Assembly: GCA_964648175.1 (NCBI GenBank)
Contig: CAZYKZ010000001.1
Span: 7,192-60,313 of the forward strand
DNA length: 53,122 nt
From: an uncultured Anderseniella sp.
GTDB taxonomy: Bacteria; Pseudomonadota; Alphaproteobacteria; Rhizobiales; Aestuariivirgaceae
Direction of reading: 5' to 3'
The stretch's first letter is position 1. Each line of letters begins with the position of its first letter. This document shows, one piece after another, positions 12,178 to 24,217 of the stretch. The notes under the pieces are model-generated. The model searched no databases, was not told the origin of the DNA, and worked only from the letters and a program-made list of their open reading frames with translations. A program made the translations under genes and the position numbers.

Positions 12178-12185
12178 TGCCATTG

Positions 12186-12223
12186 TCGCTCCCGCAGCCC
12201 GATAGCCGGTGCTGCGGGAGCGA
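12186..12223 (+). terminator. Strong stem-loop between dnaK and dnaJ (partial terminator or mRNA stabiliser)
   Basis: 13-bp perfect stem TCGCTCCCGCAGC / GCTGCGGGAGCGA 8 nt after the dnaK stop; no U-tract follows. Confidence 0.6.
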
Positions 12224-12301
12224 TCATGTAATCTTACCCCGGCGCACCTCCCGTCCATATTCCCGGGCGGGAATTTCCGTTAGCAACTGGACAGACACTC
12301 C

Positions 12302-13459
12302 ATGGCGAAGCGTGACTACTACGAAGTTCTGGGCGTTTCCCGCAGTGCGGACGAAAAGGAGCTCAAGAGCGCCTTTCGCAAGATGGCCAAGCAATATCAT
12401 CCGGATGCCAACCCCGGTGACAACACGGCCGAGCAGAAATTCAAGGAAATCAACGAGGCCTACGAGGCTCTGAAAGACCCGCAGAAGCGGGCAGCCTATG
12501 ACCGATTTGGTCATGCCGCCTTCGAGGATGGACGCGGACCATTTGGTGGAGGCGGGGCTGGCGGTCCCGGCTTCGGGCCTGAGTTCTCGTCTTCCATGTC
12601 TGACATCTTCGAGGACCTGTTCGGCGAGTTCATGGGCGGCCGCCGAGGCGGCAGCGGGCGCGGCAACGCTCAGGCGCGGGGCTCGGATCTGCGCTACGAC
12701 ATGGAGATCTCGCTCACCGAGGCCTACACGGGCAAGACTGCCCAGATTCGCGTGCCAACCTCGGTTGCCTGCGAGACCTGCTCGGGTAGCGGCGCGAAGC
12801 CCGGTACAAGCCCCAAGACCTGCGGCACCTGCAACGGCGCGGGCGCGGTACGTTCATCTTCCGGCTTCTTCACCGTGGAACGGACCTGCCCGAGTTGTCA
12901 GGGCCGCGGCACCGTAATCTCCGATCCATGCGAAAGCTGCAGCGGTCAGGGGCGGGTCAAGAAGGAACGCACGTTGTCGGTAAACATTCCGGCAGGCGTC
13001 GAGGATGGCACCCGCATCCGACTTGCCAATGAAGGCGAGTCCGGCGTACGCGGCGGGCCTTCAGGCGACCTCTACATCTTCCTTTCAATCAAGCCGCACG
13101 AATTCTTCCAACGCGACGGCGCGGACCTGTTTTCCCGCGTTCCCATCTCGATGACGACCGCTGCCATGGGTGGCGAGATCGAGGTGCCGACCATAGACGG
13201 CAAGAAGGCCCGCGTGACCATCCCCGAAGGAACCCAGGGCGGCAAGCAGTTCCGCCTCAAGGCCAAGGGCATGCCGGTACTACGCTCCACGCAGCATGGC
13301 GACATGTACATCCAGGTGAGCGTCGAGACCCCGGTAAACCTGACCCGCAAGCAGCGGGAGCTGCTGAAGGAGTTCGAGGCGGAAGCCAAGGACAACTCCC
13401 CGCAGTCTGCCGGATTCTTTGCCAAGGCGCGCGCATTCTGGGATAACTTCGGCACCTGA
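12302..13459 (+). CDS. dnaJ: Chaperone DnaJ
   Basis: J-domain with HPD, G/F-rich region, four CxxCxGxG repeats. Confidence 0.99.
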   Translation: MAKRDYYEVLGVSRSADEKELKSAFRKMAKQYHPDANPGDNTAEQKFKEINEAYEALKDPQKRAAYDRFGHAAFEDGRGPFGGGGAGGPGFGPEFSSSMSDIFEDLFGEFMGGRRGGSGRGNAQARGSDLRYDMEISLTEAYTGKTAQIRVPTSVACETCSGSGAKPGTSPKTCGTCNGAGAVRSSSGFFTVERTCPSCQGRGTVISDPCESCSGQGRVKKERTLSVNIPAGVEDGTRIRLANEGESGVRGGPSGDLYIFLSIKPHEFFQRDGADLFSRVPISMTTAAMGGEIEVPTIDGKKARVTIPEGTQGGKQFRLKAKGMPVLRSTQHGDMYIQVSVETPVNLTRKQRELLKEFEAEAKDNSPQSAGFFAKARAFWDNFGT

Positions 13460-13484
13460 TTTGCGACAGCGGAGGAAACTGCAG

Positions 13485-13772
13485 ATGGCCAAGGGTTACT
13501 GGATCGCGCATGTGAATGTCACGGACCCTGACCAGTACAGGCAGTATGCCGAAGCCGCGCCTGACGTGATCGCTGCACATGGCGGCCGCTTCCTGGCCCG
13601 CGCAGGAAAATTCCAGCAAATGGAGGGCTCGGGCAAGACGCGGAACGTCGTCACCGAATTTCCGAGTTTCGAAGACGCCGTTAAATGCTGGAACTCACCT
13701 GGCTACCAGGCCGCACGTGCGAAGCGCGAAGGCGCCGGTGACGTCGACATTGTTATCGTTGAAGGCGTCTAG
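13485..13772 (+). CDS. DUF1330 family protein
   Basis: MAKGYWIAHVNVTDP..Y..Y, GGRFLAR, EFPS...A..CWNSPGYQAA; RBS GGAGG upstream of ATG 13485. Confidence 0.85.
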   Translation: MAKGYWIAHVNVTDPDQYRQYAEAAPDVIAAHGGRFLARAGKFQQMEGSGKTRNVVTEFPSFEDAVKCWNSPGYQAARAKREGAGDVDIVIVEGV

Positions 13773-13784
13773 ACCGCCAAGTTC

Positions 13785-14201
13785 TCACTTGAATCTCTCG
13801 GCCAGGGCCGAAAGACCGGCGGTATAGATGCCGCGCACCACCTTCTGCGCCACCTCGTCAGGTGCGCCACTGGCATCGAAACGCCCTGCCCAAAGCACCC
13901 GGCATGAACTGTCGGATTCAGGCAGCACCCGAATTGTCGACATATAGCCTGTAACTGGTAGCGGACCATCGACAATTGAATACGTCTGGCTCATCGCGTC
14001 ATCGTCGAGGGCTTCCAGCCTTTCCACCAGCGATCCTCCACCGGGAATGCTGATGGTGCGGATCGTGTCTGTGCCCTCCTCCGACAGTACGCATGCAATC
14101 GCGGCCGGATGCCAATCTGCAAGTCCGCCGAAATTGCCGATCACGCTCCACACATCCTGCGCCGGCGCACTCAATGGCATGACTTCTTCTACTTCAAGCA
14201 T
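13785..14201 (-). CDS. SRPBCC (START/polyketide cyclase) family protein
   Basis: APAQDVWSVIGNFGGLADWHP, ERLEALDD, YSIVDGPLPV..Y pattern, 138 aa. Confidence 0.82.
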   Translation of the reverse strand: MLEVEEVMPLSAPAQDVWSVIGNFGGLADWHPAAIACVLSEEGTDTIRTISIPGGGSLVERLEALDDDAMSQTYSIVDGPLPVTGYMSTIRVLPESDSSCRVLWAGRFDASGAPDEVAQKVVRGIYTAGLSALAERFK

Positions 14202-14343
14202 GGCTCTCTGGGTTCCTGCATCTGATCATCCATCCCTAAAGCCTAACTTGCCGCCTGCACGCCGGGTTGTCCATGATCTAGCCATAACCTGCCGGGGCTG
14301 ATATCAGAACCGCCGACAGACCAAACCGACTGGAGAGCCAGGG

Positions 14344-15150
14344 ATGCTCAAGCTCGTCATAGCAGGTGCCGGCGGCCGGATGGGCCAGACCTTGACCCGC
14401 CTCGTCCATGCCCATGAAGGATGTGAAGTCGCAGGCGGGCTTGAGCCTGCAGGCTCGCCTCATCTGGGAAAGGACCAGGGCACTCTGGCAGGAATTGGAG
14501 AGATTGGCGTTTCAGTCACCGATGATCCGCTTGCTGTGCTGGCCAAGGCAGACGGACTGATCGACTTCACCATTCCGGCAGCCAGCACCCGCCTGAGCGA
14601 GATTGCCGCGCAAGCCCGTATCGTGCACGTGATCGGCACCACCGGTTTCAGTGAAGCCGATGAAGAGGCCATCAAGGCGGCGTCCCGCCATGCGCGGATC
14701 GTGAAGTCTGGCAATATGAGCCTCGGCGTGAACCTGCTTGCCGCGCTGGTGAAGCAGGTCGCTGCCGCGCTGGACGAAAGCTTCGACATCGAGGTGCTCG
14801 AGATGCATCACCGCCACAAGGTCGATGCGCCGTCGGGTACGGCCCTGCTGTTGGGGCAGGCGGCCGCCGAAGGCCGCGGCATCGACCTCGCCAGGCATTC
14901 GGTTCGCACGAGAGACGGTCACACCGGCGCACGCCCGCAGGGCGACATTGGCTTTGCCACGCTTCGCGGCGGCAGCGTTGTCGGCGACCACAGCGTGATC
15001 CTTGCCGGTCCGTCTGAGCGGATAACGCTTTCGCATCATGCCGAATCCCGCGAAATCTTCGCTAATGGCGCCATCAAGGCAGCGCTGTGGGCATTCGACA
15101 AAAAGCCGGGTCTGTATTCCATGGCCGATGTGCTAGGCATCAAGGCCTGA
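14344..15150 (+). CDS. dapB: 4-hydroxy-tetrahydrodipicolinate reductase
   Basis: [28 protein letters not shown]. Confidence 0.97.
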   Translation: MLKLVIAGAGGRMGQTLTRLVHAHEGCEVAGGLEPAGSPHLGKDQGTLAGIGEIGVSVTDDPLAVLAKADGLIDFTIPAASTRLSEIAAQARIVHVIGTTGFSEADEEAIKAASRHARIVKSGNMSLGVNLLAALVKQVAAALDESFDIEVLEMHHRHKVDAPSGTALLLGQAAAEGRGIDLARHSVRTRDGHTGARPQGDIGFATLRGGSVVGDHSVILAGPSERITLSHHAESREIFANGAIKAALWAFDKKPGLYSMADVLGIKA

Positions 15151-15191
15151 CCCCAGAAACCACATCATTATTGCAAGAGGTTTGAACGCAG

Positions 15192-15812
15192 ATGGGCGGA
15201 ACTCTCGTGCTTGTCCGGCATGGGCAAAGCGACTGGAACCTGAAGAATCTTTTTACGGGCTGGGAGAATCCGGGCCTTACCGAAAAGGGCGTTGAAGAGG
15301 CCCACACGGCTGGCCGCAACCTGAAGGCCGAGGGCCTGAAGTTCGACCTGGCATTCACCAGCGACCTGTCGCGCGCGCAGAAGACGCTCGACATCATTCT
15401 GGAAGAACTTGGCCAGACCGGGTTGCCCATCACCCGCGATCAGGCCCTCAACGAGCGCGATTATGGCGATCTTACCGGCCTCAACAAGGATGACGCGCGG
15501 GCGAAGTGGGGCGAAGAGCAGGTTCATGTCTGGCGGCGGTCTTACGACATCGCTCCGCCCGGCGGCGAAAGCCTTCGCGACACGCTGGCGCGCTCATTGC
15601 CTTACTACATGAAAGCAATTCAACCGCATGTACTCGACGGCAAGACCGTCATCGTGGCAGCACACGGCAACTCGCTGCGCTCGCTCGTGATGGCGCTGGA
15701 AGGGCTGACTCCCGAAGAGATCCTGAAGCGGGAAATCGCCACCGGCGTGCCGATCGTCTACAAGCTGAACCCCAACAGTACGGTGGCCTCAGTCAAGGTA
15801 CTGGAGCACTAG
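15192..15812 (+). CDS. gpmA: 2,3-bisphosphoglycerate-dependent phosphoglycerate mutase
   Basis: [30 protein letters not shown]. Confidence 0.96.
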   Translation: MGGTLVLVRHGQSDWNLKNLFTGWENPGLTEKGVEEAHTAGRNLKAEGLKFDLAFTSDLSRAQKTLDIILEELGQTGLPITRDQALNERDYGDLTGLNKDDARAKWGEEQVHVWRRSYDIAPPGGESLRDTLARSLPYYMKAIQPHVLDGKTVIVAAHGNSLRSLVMALEGLTPEEILKREIATGVPIVYKLNPNSTVASVKVLEH

Positions 15813-16663
15813 GCAGCGCCGACTGCGCCAGCCTCCCAGCCCAGTATGGCCTTCTTGCGGGTGAGGCCCCAGTGATAGCCGCACAGGCCGCCTGACTTGC
15901 CCAGCACACGATGGCAGGGAACCACGAACGAGATCGGGTTCCTGCCAACCGCCGTACCCACGGCCCGGACTGCCTTCGGCTTGCCAATGTGCCGGGCAAC
16001 GTCGGAGTAGGTCGTGGCGCGGCCCATGGGGATCCGCAACAGGGTCTCCCAGGTGCGCACCTCGAAATCAGTGCCGATGAGGGTTATCCGTAATGGCTGA
16101 TCCGGACGCCAGAGGTTCTGATCGAAGATGCGCTTCGCAGTCGGCTCGACAGCAGCGTCATTTCGGACGTATTCCGCATTGGGCCAACGCCTGCGCATGT
16201 CCTCGAACGCGGCCTGCTCGCCACCTTCATCGGCGAATGCAAGGCCCGCAAGCCCGTGCGGCGTCGTCAGCACCACGGCGATACCAAACGGAGAGGGATA
16301 GAGACCCCAAGTGATTGTGAGGCCCTGTCCGCGCGAACGGTACATACCCGGCGGCATTCCTTCATGGGTGACGAACAGGTCATGCAGGCGGCCCGGGCCG
16401 GACAAACCAACCTCGTAGCTTGTATCCAGCACCGTTGCGGAATCACGGAGCAATTCGCGCGCCCGGTCCAGGGTGATTGCCTGCATGAATGCCTTTGGGG
16501 TTATGCCTGCCCAGCGGCTGAAGCTGCGCTGGACCATGTCTGCGCTTGCCCCGACATTAAAGGCGATCTCGTCCAGCGACGGTTGGTCGTGCCAGTGTCC
16601 TGACAGGTACTCGATGGTGCGTCGAACCAGTTCGTAGTCGCCGGTGGCCGGTATCTGGAGCAT
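15809..16663 (-). CDS. AraC-HTH / methylated-DNA-[protein]-cysteine S-methyltransferase fusion (Ada-like)
   Basis: N-terminal AraC-type HTH ([21 protein letters not shown]), C-terminal GTDFE..W, RAVGTA, PCHRV active site; AAGGA RBS before ATG 16663. Confidence 0.88.
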   Translation of the reverse strand: MLQIPATGDYELVRRTIEYLSGHWHDQPSLDEIAFNVGASADMVQRSFSRWAGITPKAFMQAITLDRARELLRDSATVLDTSYEVGLSGPGRLHDLFVTHEGMPPGMYRSRGQGLTITWGLYPSPFGIAVVLTTPHGLAGLAFADEGGEQAAFEDMRRRWPNAEYVRNDAAVEPTAKRIFDQNLWRPDQPLRITLIGTDFEVRTWETLLRIPMGRATTYSDVARHIGKPKAVRAVGTAVGRNPISFVVPCHRVLGKSGGLCGYHWGLTRKKAILGWEAGAVGAA

Positions 16664-16752
16664 TCTGCAATCCTTGCCTGATGGCCCGTTGTACCGAGAC
16701 CGTATTCGCATGCCCTGCAGCCTGCCACCCGATTTACGGGCAGAACCGGTTG

Positions 16753-17220
16753 TCAGATACGGGGGCTGACCAGCAAACCGTTCAATGTGGAAGACAGCGA
16801 CTTTCGATCATCAGGTGACAGAAAGCTGCCGACTTCAGTCTTGATGCCGCGTGAAACCAGGAACAGGCGGCCGATCAGGTCTCGCTCCACATCGTTTTCC
16901 AGTTCCACGCGAGTCCACTGCCTCACGAAGCTTTCAGTTGCGTCAGGCTGGCCAGGCTTGTGACGTGCCAGGATAACTTCGCTGTCGTTAAAGGTAATCG
17001 TTTCTCGCGCCTTGCCATCGCGGAAATTGCGCTCCAGGGCCCACCAAATGAGCAGCACGTCGAGCCCAAAGAAACCGAAGACCGGCCAAGCACCCATCAT
17101 CAGGAAGCCCAACCCCGCCAGAAAGCTGACCAGCGCAATGCAGCCCATCAGGATTGCAAATCCACGCCTGCTGAGCGAGCGGTGCGGATACAAGTGGATT
17201 ATTGTCGGTTCAGTCTTCAC
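16753..17220 (-). CDS. DUF2244 family membrane protein
   Basis: PHRSLSRRGF, GAWPVFGFFGLDV, EVGSFL motifs; start uncertain (GTG 17220). Confidence 0.82.
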   Translation of the reverse strand: MKTEPTIIHLYPHRSLSRRGFAILMGCIALVSFLAGLGFLMMGAWPVFGFFGLDVLLIWWALERNFRDGKARETITFNDSEVILARHKPGQPDATESFVRQWTRVELENDVERDLIGRLFLVSRGIKTEVGSFLSPDDRKSLSSTLNGLLVSPRI

Positions 17221-17273
17221 CGGGTACAGGCTAAGCCTTTCTGTCAAAGTGGCGATCAGGAGATCATTGATAC

Positions 17274-17930
17274 ATGGCACGGCGCAAGAAACTCAAGCCT
17301 GCAGAAATCGAGGAAGTGTTCCGCCGGTTCCACGAGGCAAACCCGCATCCGGAGGGCGAGCTTGAGTCGGTCAACACCTTTACTTTTCTCGTTGCAGTCG
17401 TGCTGTCGGCCCAGGCTACCGATGAAGGGGTGAACAAGGCGACCCGCGCCTTGTTCAAGGCGGCAGATACGCCGGAGAAGATGCTGGCGCTCGGCGAAGA
17501 CAAGGTGCGCGAGTACATCAAGACCATCGGGCTGTTTCGCAACAAGGCGAAAAACGTGGTGTTGCTTTCGAAGGCATTGATCGAGAAGCACGGCAGTCAG
17601 GTACCGTCATCGCGGGAAGAGCTGGAGGCTCTACCAGGTGTCGGTCGCAAAACCGCGAACGTGGTGCTCAACATCTGTTTCGGCCAACCGACAATCGCAG
17701 TCGACACGCACCTCTTCCGGGTGTCCAACCGAGTCGGTCTGGCGCCGGGCAAGACTCCGCTGGCTGTCGAGCAGGGGCTGATCAAAAGCATACCGGAGCA
17801 ATATCTGCTCCATGCCCATCACTGGCTGATCCTGCACGGGCGCTACGTGTGCAAGGCCAGAAAGCCTGAATGCGAACGCTGCATCATCAATGACATCTGC
17901 CTGTTTCCCGGCAAGACGGTGGCGGTCTAG
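17274..17930 (+). CDS. nth: Endonuclease III
   Basis: VLSAQATD, HhH LPGVGRKTANV, VDTH, C-terminal Cx6Cx2Cx5C Fe-S motif. Confidence 0.97.
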   Translation: MARRKKLKPAEIEEVFRRFHEANPHPEGELESVNTFTFLVAVVLSAQATDEGVNKATRALFKAADTPEKMLALGEDKVREYIKTIGLFRNKAKNVVLLSKALIEKHGSQVPSSREELEALPGVGRKTANVVLNICFGQPTIAVDTHLFRVSNRVGLAPGKTPLAVEQGLIKSIPEQYLLHAHHWLILHGRYVCKARKPECERCIINDICLFPGKTVAV

Positions 17931-18601
17931 CCGGCGCGCAGGCCTTGGTCCTTGCTGATCCGCTTGAAGATGTGGACGAAGTACGAGGTCGAGAACAGCG
18001 GCACCAGGATATTGACGAACGGGATGAGGGCCAGTCCTGCCGGCACAAGCCCTGCTGCCCATATGCGGCCAGCATTGGACTTGCGGAATGCATGTGCATC
18101 GCGAACCGGCATGTGCCGCACTGCTGCCATGGTGAAGAATTCGCGGCTGAGCAGGTAGGCGTTCACCACCAGCATGATCAAGGCGCCGATGCCGAAGAAA
18201 ACCGTCGGCAGCACAAGTATGTTGATCAGCAATACCAGAAGGCCGAACTGCACCGCCATCAGAACTGACGAGAATGTACTTGGTGGCTGACCGGCGCGCT
18301 CACCGGGGTAGTGCTTGCGCTCCACGATGTCGGCGACAGTATCGAGAAACAGGCCGGCGAAGATGGCTGTCACCGGCGCCATCAGAAAGAACAGCGCGAC
18401 CAGCAGCCCAAGGCTGGCGACAGCCGCTATCACCTCGTCCAGCCAGGGCCAGGGCAGGGTCAACAGCAGCGACGACCCGATCCAGATTGCGGCCAGCAAT
18501 CCGGCGAACAGCAAAAGCGTCAGTCCGATGGCCTTCCAGAGCACGGACCGGAAGGCCGGTGAAAGAACATCGTTCACCGCGCGAATTGCAGCAGAAATCA
18601 T
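17927..18601 (-). CDS. EI24/CysZ-like membrane protein
   Basis: Multiple transmembrane segments, GLFLDTVADIVERKHYP, NAYLLSREFF, IPFVNILVPLF; start ATG 18601. Confidence 0.78.
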   Translation of the reverse strand: MISAAIRAVNDVLSPAFRSVLWKAIGLTLLLFAGLLAAIWIGSSLLLTLPWPWLDEVIAAVASLGLLVALFFLMAPVTAIFAGLFLDTVADIVERKHYPGERAGQPPSTFSSVLMAVQFGLLVLLINILVLPTVFFGIGALIMLVVNAYLLSREFFTMAAVRHMPVRDAHAFRKSNAGRIWAAGLVPAGLALIPFVNILVPLFSTSYFVHIFKRISKDQGLRAG

Positions 18602-18745
18602 GACAGTCTGATCCAGTGCGACGAAATCCAGCCTGACTGGCAAGTAGTGGCATCAGACTTGGGTTGCAAGTCTCGCATTGCTTCAGCCGCCAAGGTTTGT
18701 GTAAGCACTGTACGAACCACTCGCTCCATCAATCCGGAATTCGCC

Positions 18746-19723
18746 ATGTCTGACCCCAAGCACGATGTCATCGGCATCGGTAACGCCATCGTTGACGTGA
18801 TCGCCCGCCACGAGGACAGCTTCCTGTCTGCCAACGGGCTTGCCAAGGGCTCGATGCAGTTGGTGGACGAGAGCGGTGCACTGGAACTCTACGAGAAGAT
18901 CGGACCGGCAACAGAGATCTCCGGTGGATCGGCAGCCAACACCATCGCCGGCATCACATCGCTTGGCGGGACGGCGCGCTATGTTGGCAAGGTCGCCGAC
19001 GACCAGCTCGGCGCCGTCTTTGCCCACGACATTCGTGCGTCTGATGTCAGCTATGATACGGCGTCACTTTCCGGCGGCCCGCAGACCGCCCGATGCATCG
19101 TCATCGTCACGCCCGACGGACAGCGCACGATGTCGACCTTCCTCGGTGCCAGTGCGATGCTTGGACCTCAGGACATTCTGGAAGACCAGATCGCAGACGC
19201 AGGCATCGTCTATCTGGAAGGCTATCTCTGGGACCGGCCGGAAGCCAAGGACGCTTTCAGGAAGGCTGCAGAGCTTGCGCGCCGCAATGAACGGAAGGTT
19301 GCGCTCACGTTGTCCGACTCGTTCTGTGTCGACCGGCACCGCGACAGCTTTCTGTCGCTCATACGTGATGGCGTGGACATTCTGTTCGCCAACGAGGCAG
19401 AGCTCCTGTCACTCTATGAAACGTCTGATTTCGACAAGGCTGTCAGCCAGGTAAGCCAGGATTGCCAAACGGCGGCGGTGACCCGGTCCGAAAAGGGCAG
19501 CGTAATTGTCAATGGCAGCGACATACATTCCGTCAGCGCGGTTCCGGTCGACGAAGTCGTGGATACGACGGGTGCAGGCGACCTTTATGCAGCCGGCTTC
19601 CTGTATGGCCTTGCCCGCGGGAAGCCGCTCGCGGAGTGCGCCCGCATCGGCCACGTCGCCGCAGCCGAGATCATCTCGCACATCGGCGCACGGCCGGTCG
19701 CGAAGCTATCGGGCCTTATCTAG
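18746..19723 (+). CDS. PfkB family carbohydrate/adenosine kinase
   Basis: [34 protein letters not shown]; start ATG 18746. Confidence 0.9.
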   Translation: MSDPKHDVIGIGNAIVDVIARHEDSFLSANGLAKGSMQLVDESGALELYEKIGPATEISGGSAANTIAGITSLGGTARYVGKVADDQLGAVFAHDIRASDVSYDTASLSGGPQTARCIVIVTPDGQRTMSTFLGASAMLGPQDILEDQIADAGIVYLEGYLWDRPEAKDAFRKAAELARRNERKVALTLSDSFCVDRHRDSFLSLIRDGVDILFANEAELLSLYETSDFDKAVSQVSQDCQTAAVTRSEKGSVIVNGSDIHSVSAVPVDEVVDTTGAGDLYAAGFLYGLARGKPLAECARIGHVAAAEIISHIGARPVAKLSGLI

Positions 19724-20670
19724 ATCTTGCGCAGGTGAACCGTGCTGACCAGATGGTCTGCGCTCTTGCGCAGGATCAGGTCGGCGCGCTGGCGGGTCGG
19801 CAGCACATTTTCCCGCAGGTTGACCAGGTTCACCGTCTCCCAGATACGGGTGGCAGTCTCACGAGTCTCGACGTCCGTCAGTTTCGAGTAGCGATGGAAG
19901 TATGACTTGGGATCGGCAAACGCCGTCTCGCGGAACGAGAAGAAGCGGTTGACGTACCAGGTGCGAAGATCGTTCTCGTCCGCATCGATGAAGATCGAGA
20001 AATCGAAATAGTCCGACACGTACGGTATGGCCTTGCCGTCACGCGGCGGGCGGCCGGTCTGAAGCACGTTCAAGCCCTCGACGATCAGGATGTCGGGCTG
20101 GTCCACGGTGATGTGCTTGCCCGGCTCGATATCGTAGGTGAGATGTGAATAGACCGGCGCCTGCACATCGCGCTTGCCGGCCTTGATGTCCGACAGGAAC
20201 TTGAGCAGCACGGGCAGATCGTAACTCTCGGGAAAGCCCTTGCGGTTCATCAGGCCTTCGCGCTCCAGCACGGCGTTGGGCAACAGAAACCCGTCCGTTG
20301 GAAGCAGCGAAACCTTGGGGTGGTTGGGCCAGCGCGCAAGAAGCCCGCGCAGGATACGGGCGGTGGTGCTCTTTCCACCGGCGACACTTCCGGCGACGCC
20401 GATGATGTAAGGCACCTTGTGGTTGTTGCCACCGAGAAACTTCTGCGTGACTTTGAACAGGTCCTGGCTGGCCGCGACATACAGGTTGAGCAGGCGCGAC
20501 AAGGGCAGATAGATGGCAATCACCTCATCGAGGTTGATGCGGTCATTCACACCGCGCAGCTCCTCGACTTCCTCAGCCGACAGGGTCAGCGGCGTGTCGG
20601 CACGAAGCTTCGCCCACTCCGAGCGGGTAAATACGCGATAGGGCGAAAGTTGTGCTGATAGGTGATCCAT
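19720..20670 (-). CDS. coaA: Type I pantothenate kinase
   Basis: [38 protein letters not shown]; start ATG 20670. Confidence 0.96.
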   Translation of the reverse strand: MDHLSAQLSPYRVFTRSEWAKLRADTPLTLSAEEVEELRGVNDRINLDEVIAIYLPLSRLLNLYVAASQDLFKVTQKFLGGNNHKVPYIIGVAGSVAGGKSTTARILRGLLARWPNHPKVSLLPTDGFLLPNAVLEREGLMNRKGFPESYDLPVLLKFLSDIKAGKRDVQAPVYSHLTYDIEPGKHITVDQPDILIVEGLNVLQTGRPPRDGKAIPYVSDYFDFSIFIDADENDLRTWYVNRFFSFRETAFADPKSYFHRYSKLTDVETRETATRIWETVNLVNLRENVLPTRQRADLILRKSADHLVSTVHLRKI

Positions 20671-20680
20671 GCCCGTTGTC

Positions 20681-21019
20681 CTAGCCGGCGCTACGCGAGG
20701 CCTTTTCCTGCAATCCGCTCTGGCGGAAACGATCAGCCAGTTCCTGCATGACTTCATCCAGCGGCACATTGCCGGCCCGCAAGACGACAAGCAGATGGTA
20801 GAGAACGTCCGCCGCTTCAGCCGTCAGATGCCGCGAATCATTCTCCACCGCTGCAAGAATGAGTTCGATGGCTTCTTCACCAAATTTGCGAGCGCACTTC
20901 TCGCGCCCTGCCGCCAACAACTTGGCAGTATAGGAAACATCGCCATCGCCGGCAGCCGCGCGCTCGGCAATGATGGCCTCCAGTTTCGACAGAACGTCCG
21001 TGCTGCGTGTATCGGTCAT
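20681..21019 (-). CDS. hisE: Phosphoribosyl-ATP pyrophosphatase
   Basis: [24 protein letters not shown]. Confidence 0.95.
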   Translation of the reverse strand: MTDTRSTDVLSKLEAIIAERAAAGDGDVSYTAKLLAAGREKCARKFGEEAIELILAAVENDSRHLTAEAADVLYHLLVVLRAGNVPLDEVMQELADRFRQSGLQEKASRSAG

Positions 21020-21043
21020 GCCCGCTACCCCGGGGTTCGCCAG

Positions 21044-21817
21044 TCAGGACAGCCTGACGGGCACCCCCTGTTGTGCCATGAAATGCTTGGCTTCGGAAAT
21101 GGTATGGGTGCCGAAATGGAAAATCGACGCCGCCAGGACGGCACTGGCATGAGCCTGCTTTATGCCATCGACGAGATGCTGCAGGTTTCCAACACCACCT
21201 GAAGCGATCACCGGCACGTCGACCGCGTCCGATATGGCGCGCGTCAGCTCGATATCGAACCCGTCGCCGGTGCCATCTCGATCCATTGATGTGAGCAGGA
21301 TCTCTCCTGCCCCGAGATCTACGACCTTTCGCGCGAATTCCACCGCGTCGATCCCTGTCGGTTCGCGTCCGCCATGGGTGAATATCTCCCACCGCACTGG
21401 TTCGCCCTCGCCGGATACCCGCTTGGCGTCAACGGCGACGACGATGCATTGCGAACCAAACTTCGTGGCCGCTTCCTTGACGAAGCCGGGGTTCTTCACT
21501 GCCGCCGTATTGATCGACACCTTGTCGGCACCAGCCAGCAACAACTTGCGGATGTCCTCCAGCGTGCGCACACCGCCGCCCACCGTCAGCGGCATAAAAC
21601 ATTGCTCGGCGGTCTGGCGCACGACGTCGAGAATGATGCCGCGGTTCTCGTGGCTGGCAGTAATGTCGAGGAAGCACAGTTCGTCGGCGCCGGCTTCATC
21701 ATAGGCCTTGGCGATCTGGACAGGATCGCCTGCATCGCGCAGGTCGACAAAGTTCACGCCCTTGACGACGCGGCCGTCCTTAACATCGAGGCAGGGGATG
21801 ATCCGGGCCTTAAGCAT
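21044..21817 (-). CDS. hisF: Imidazole glycerol phosphate synthase cyclase subunit
   Basis: [35 protein letters not shown]. Confidence 0.98.
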   Translation of the reverse strand: MLKARIIPCLDVKDGRVVKGVNFVDLRDAGDPVQIAKAYDEAGADELCFLDITASHENRGIILDVVRQTAEQCFMPLTVGGGVRTLEDIRKLLLAGADKVSINTAAVKNPGFVKEAATKFGSQCIVVAVDAKRVSGEGEPVRWEIFTHGGREPTGIDAVEFARKVVDLGAGEILLTSMDRDGTGDGFDIELTRAISDAVDVPVIASGGVGNLQHLVDGIKQAHASAVLAASIFHFGTHTISEAKHFMAQQGVPVRLS

Positions 21818-22547
21818 CGGTAGCTTCCTTCAGCTTGCGCAGCGCACTCACCGGATCGATGCGGCCGTCATACAGCGCCCGGCCCGTAATCGCGCCCTCG
21901 AGTACGCGGCAGTCCGGCTGCGCAAGTCGCTCAATGTCAGCCATCGAGGCAAGCCCGCCGCTGGCGATGACCGGTATCGAGGTCGACCGCGCCAGATCAA
22001 GAGTCGAGTCGATATTGAGGCCTGCGAGAATCCCGTCGCGGTCAATGTCGGTGTAGATGATCGCTGCAACGCCTGCATCCTCGAAGCGGGCAGCGAGCTC
22101 CTTGACGCCGAGGGTAGAGCTTTCGGCCCAGCCTTCCACGGCGACCTTGCCGGCCTTCGCATCGATGCCCACGGCCACCTGCCCCGGAAAAAGCTTGCAA
22201 GCTTCACGCACAAGGGCAGGACTGCGCACCGCCAGCGTCCCCAGGATGACGCGCGCGATGCCCTTGGAGAGCCATTGCTCGATACCGGCCAGGTCCCGGA
22301 TGCCGCCGCCAAGCTGAACGGGCAGTGAAACCGCCTCTAGTATTGACTCGACGGCGGCGGCATTGACCGGCCTACCCTCAAATGCGCCATTGAGATCGAC
22401 CAGATGGAGATATTCGAACCCTTGCTGCTCAAACGTCTTCGCCTGACCGGCAGGATCGTCGGAGAAAACAGTGGCCTGGTCCATGTCGCCGAGCTTGAGG
22501 CGCACGCACTGGCCATCCTTCAGGTCAATTGCCGGAAACAGGATCAT
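21810..22547 (-). CDS. hisA: ProFAR isomerase
   Basis: [32 protein letters not shown]; start ATG 22547. Confidence 0.97.
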   Translation of the reverse strand: MILFPAIDLKDGQCVRLKLGDMDQATVFSDDPAGQAKTFEQQGFEYLHLVDLNGAFEGRPVNAAAVESILEAVSLPVQLGGGIRDLAGIEQWLSKGIARVILGTLAVRSPALVREACKLFPGQVAVGIDAKAGKVAVEGWAESSTLGVKELAARFEDAGVAAIIYTDIDRDGILAGLNIDSTLDLARSTSIPVIASGGLASMADIERLAQPDCRVLEGAITGRALYDGRIDPVSALRKLKEATDA

Positions 22548-22561
22548 GGGCGGCGAGTCCT

Positions 22562-23212
22562 TCAAGGCGACCAGTTGAGAAAATTGGAAATCAGCGCAAG
22601 ACCCAGCGCCTGACTCTTTTCAGGATGGAACTGGGTGCCGGCCATGTTGCCGCGCGCAACCATTGCCGTGATCGGCTCGCCATAGGACGCGGTGGCGACC
22701 ACATCTTCCTGCAGGGCAGCCTTGAGGTGATAGGAGTGCACGAAATATGCATGCTGGCCATCCGGACCCGTTTCGATCCCGTCGAGCAACGGATGCGGCC
22801 GCACCACATCCAGCGTGTTCCAGCCCATGTGCGGAATCTTCAGCCCTGAGTCACCAACATCGATCCGGTCGACGTCTCCCTCGATCCAGCCGAATCCGGG
22901 TGTCTCACCATGTTCCAGACCTCGGGTCGCCATCAGTTGCATGCCGACGCAAATTCCAAGAAACGGCTTTGCCTTTCGGGAGCAGTGTTCGTCTAACGCC
23001 TCCCACATGCCGTCAATTGCAGCAAGGCCGTCATGGCAATCCCGATAGGCGCCCACGCCGGGCAGCACCACCCGATCAGCCGCGGCGACCTGCTCAGGCG
23101 CCGTTACCAGATCAATCGAGGCATCCAGACCTGCCGTCCTTGCGGCCCGCTCGAATGATTTCTGGGCCGACCGAAGGTTACCTGAACCGTAGTCGATGAT
23201 TGCAACTTTCAT
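22562..23212 (-). CDS. hisH: Imidazole glycerol phosphate synthase glutaminase subunit
   Basis: [29 protein letters not shown]. Confidence 0.97.
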   Translation of the reverse strand: MKVAIIDYGSGNLRSAQKSFERAARTAGLDASIDLVTAPEQVAAADRVVLPGVGAYRDCHDGLAAIDGMWEALDEHCSRKAKPFLGICVGMQLMATRGLEHGETPGFGWIEGDVDRIDVGDSGLKIPHMGWNTLDVVRPHPLLDGIETGPDGQHAYFVHSYHLKAALQEDVVATASYGEPITAMVARGNMAGTQFHPEKSQALGLALISNFLNWSP

Positions 23213-23220
23213 CTGCTGCC

Positions 23221-23613
23221 TCAGCCGCCCTGGTGTTGCATCCGGTTCGCAAGGAACCGCCAGGCAGCTTCCTCACCGTCGCCTGCAACGATGTCGGCGA
23301 CCTCTTGATAGCCGCGCCGGGCCAGCGCCTTGCGCCGCAAGTTGTTGCCTTCAAGCCCCATATAGGCGTTGAGCAGCAAGCCCAGCCAGGTGGCAAGACC
23401 GTCGGGAAATCCAGCGAGGTAACCGGTGCCCGCCAGTGCTGCCACGGCAATCACGTAGCCGGCAAGCCCCCGCCACAGCCGATGCCATATCAGCCAGAAA
23501 AACGGAACGAGGAAGGCAGGCCAGCTGAAGCCATCCTTGACGAAAATCACGCCGCTGGCAGCGTCGTCATGGCTCAACACCTCTGCCCGGCGATGTGCGG
23601 TGAAGGTCAGCAT
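23221..23613 (-). CDS. DUF2628 family membrane protein
   Basis: [11 protein letters not shown]...[21 protein letters not shown]; usual position between hisB and hisH. Confidence 0.8.
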   Translation of the reverse strand: MLTFTAHRRAEVLSHDDAASGVIFVKDGFSWPAFLVPFFWLIWHRLWRGLAGYVIAVAALAGTGYLAGFPDGLATWLGLLLNAYMGLEGNNLRRKALARRGYQEVADIVAGDGEEAAWRFLANRMQHQGG

Positions 23614-23617
23614 GCCG

Positions 23618-24217
23618 TCATTCCCCGCCGCCCAGCGTGCCCTTGGTCGAGGGCACTGCATCCGGCATCCGCGGGTCTATTTCTATGCAGTCCCGCAAGG
23701 TACGCGCCACTGCCTTGAAACAGCTCTCGGCGATGTGGTGATTGTTGGCGCCGTACAGCGTCTCGACATGCAGCGTAATACCTGCATTCATGGCGAAGGC
23801 CTGGAAGAACTCGCGGAACAGCTCTGTGTCCATGTCACCAATCTTCGGTGCGCTGAATTCCGTCCGCCAGACCAGGAACGGACGGCCTGACACGTCGATG
23901 GCAGCACGCGACAAGGTCTCGTCCATCGCGAGGTAGCAGTGGCCATAGCGGCGAATGCCCTTGCGATCACCAAGCGCCTTGGAAATGGCCTGACCCAGCG
24001 CAATGCCGGTATCCTCGGTGGTGTGGTGCATGTCGATGTGCAGGTCGCCCACGGTCTTGATCTTCATGTCGATGAGCGAATGCCGTGACAGCTGGTCCAG
24101 CATGTGATCGAGGAACCCGACCCCGGTCGAGATGCTGCGGACACCCTTGCCGTCGAGGTTTACTTCGACCGACACATCGGTCTCATTGGTCTTGCGAGTG
24201 ACGACAGCTTTTCTCAT
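23618..24217 (-). CDS. hisB: Imidazoleglycerol-phosphate dehydratase
   Basis: [32 protein letters not shown]. Confidence 0.98.
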   Translation of the reverse strand: MRKAVVTRKTNETDVSVEVNLDGKGVRSISTGVGFLDHMLDQLSRHSLIDMKIKTVGDLHIDMHHTTEDTGIALGQAISKALGDRKGIRRYGHCYLAMDETLSRAAIDVSGRPFLVWRTEFSAPKIGDMDTELFREFFQAFAMNAGITLHVETLYGANNHHIAESCFKAVARTLRDCIEIDPRMPDAVPSTKGTLGGGE

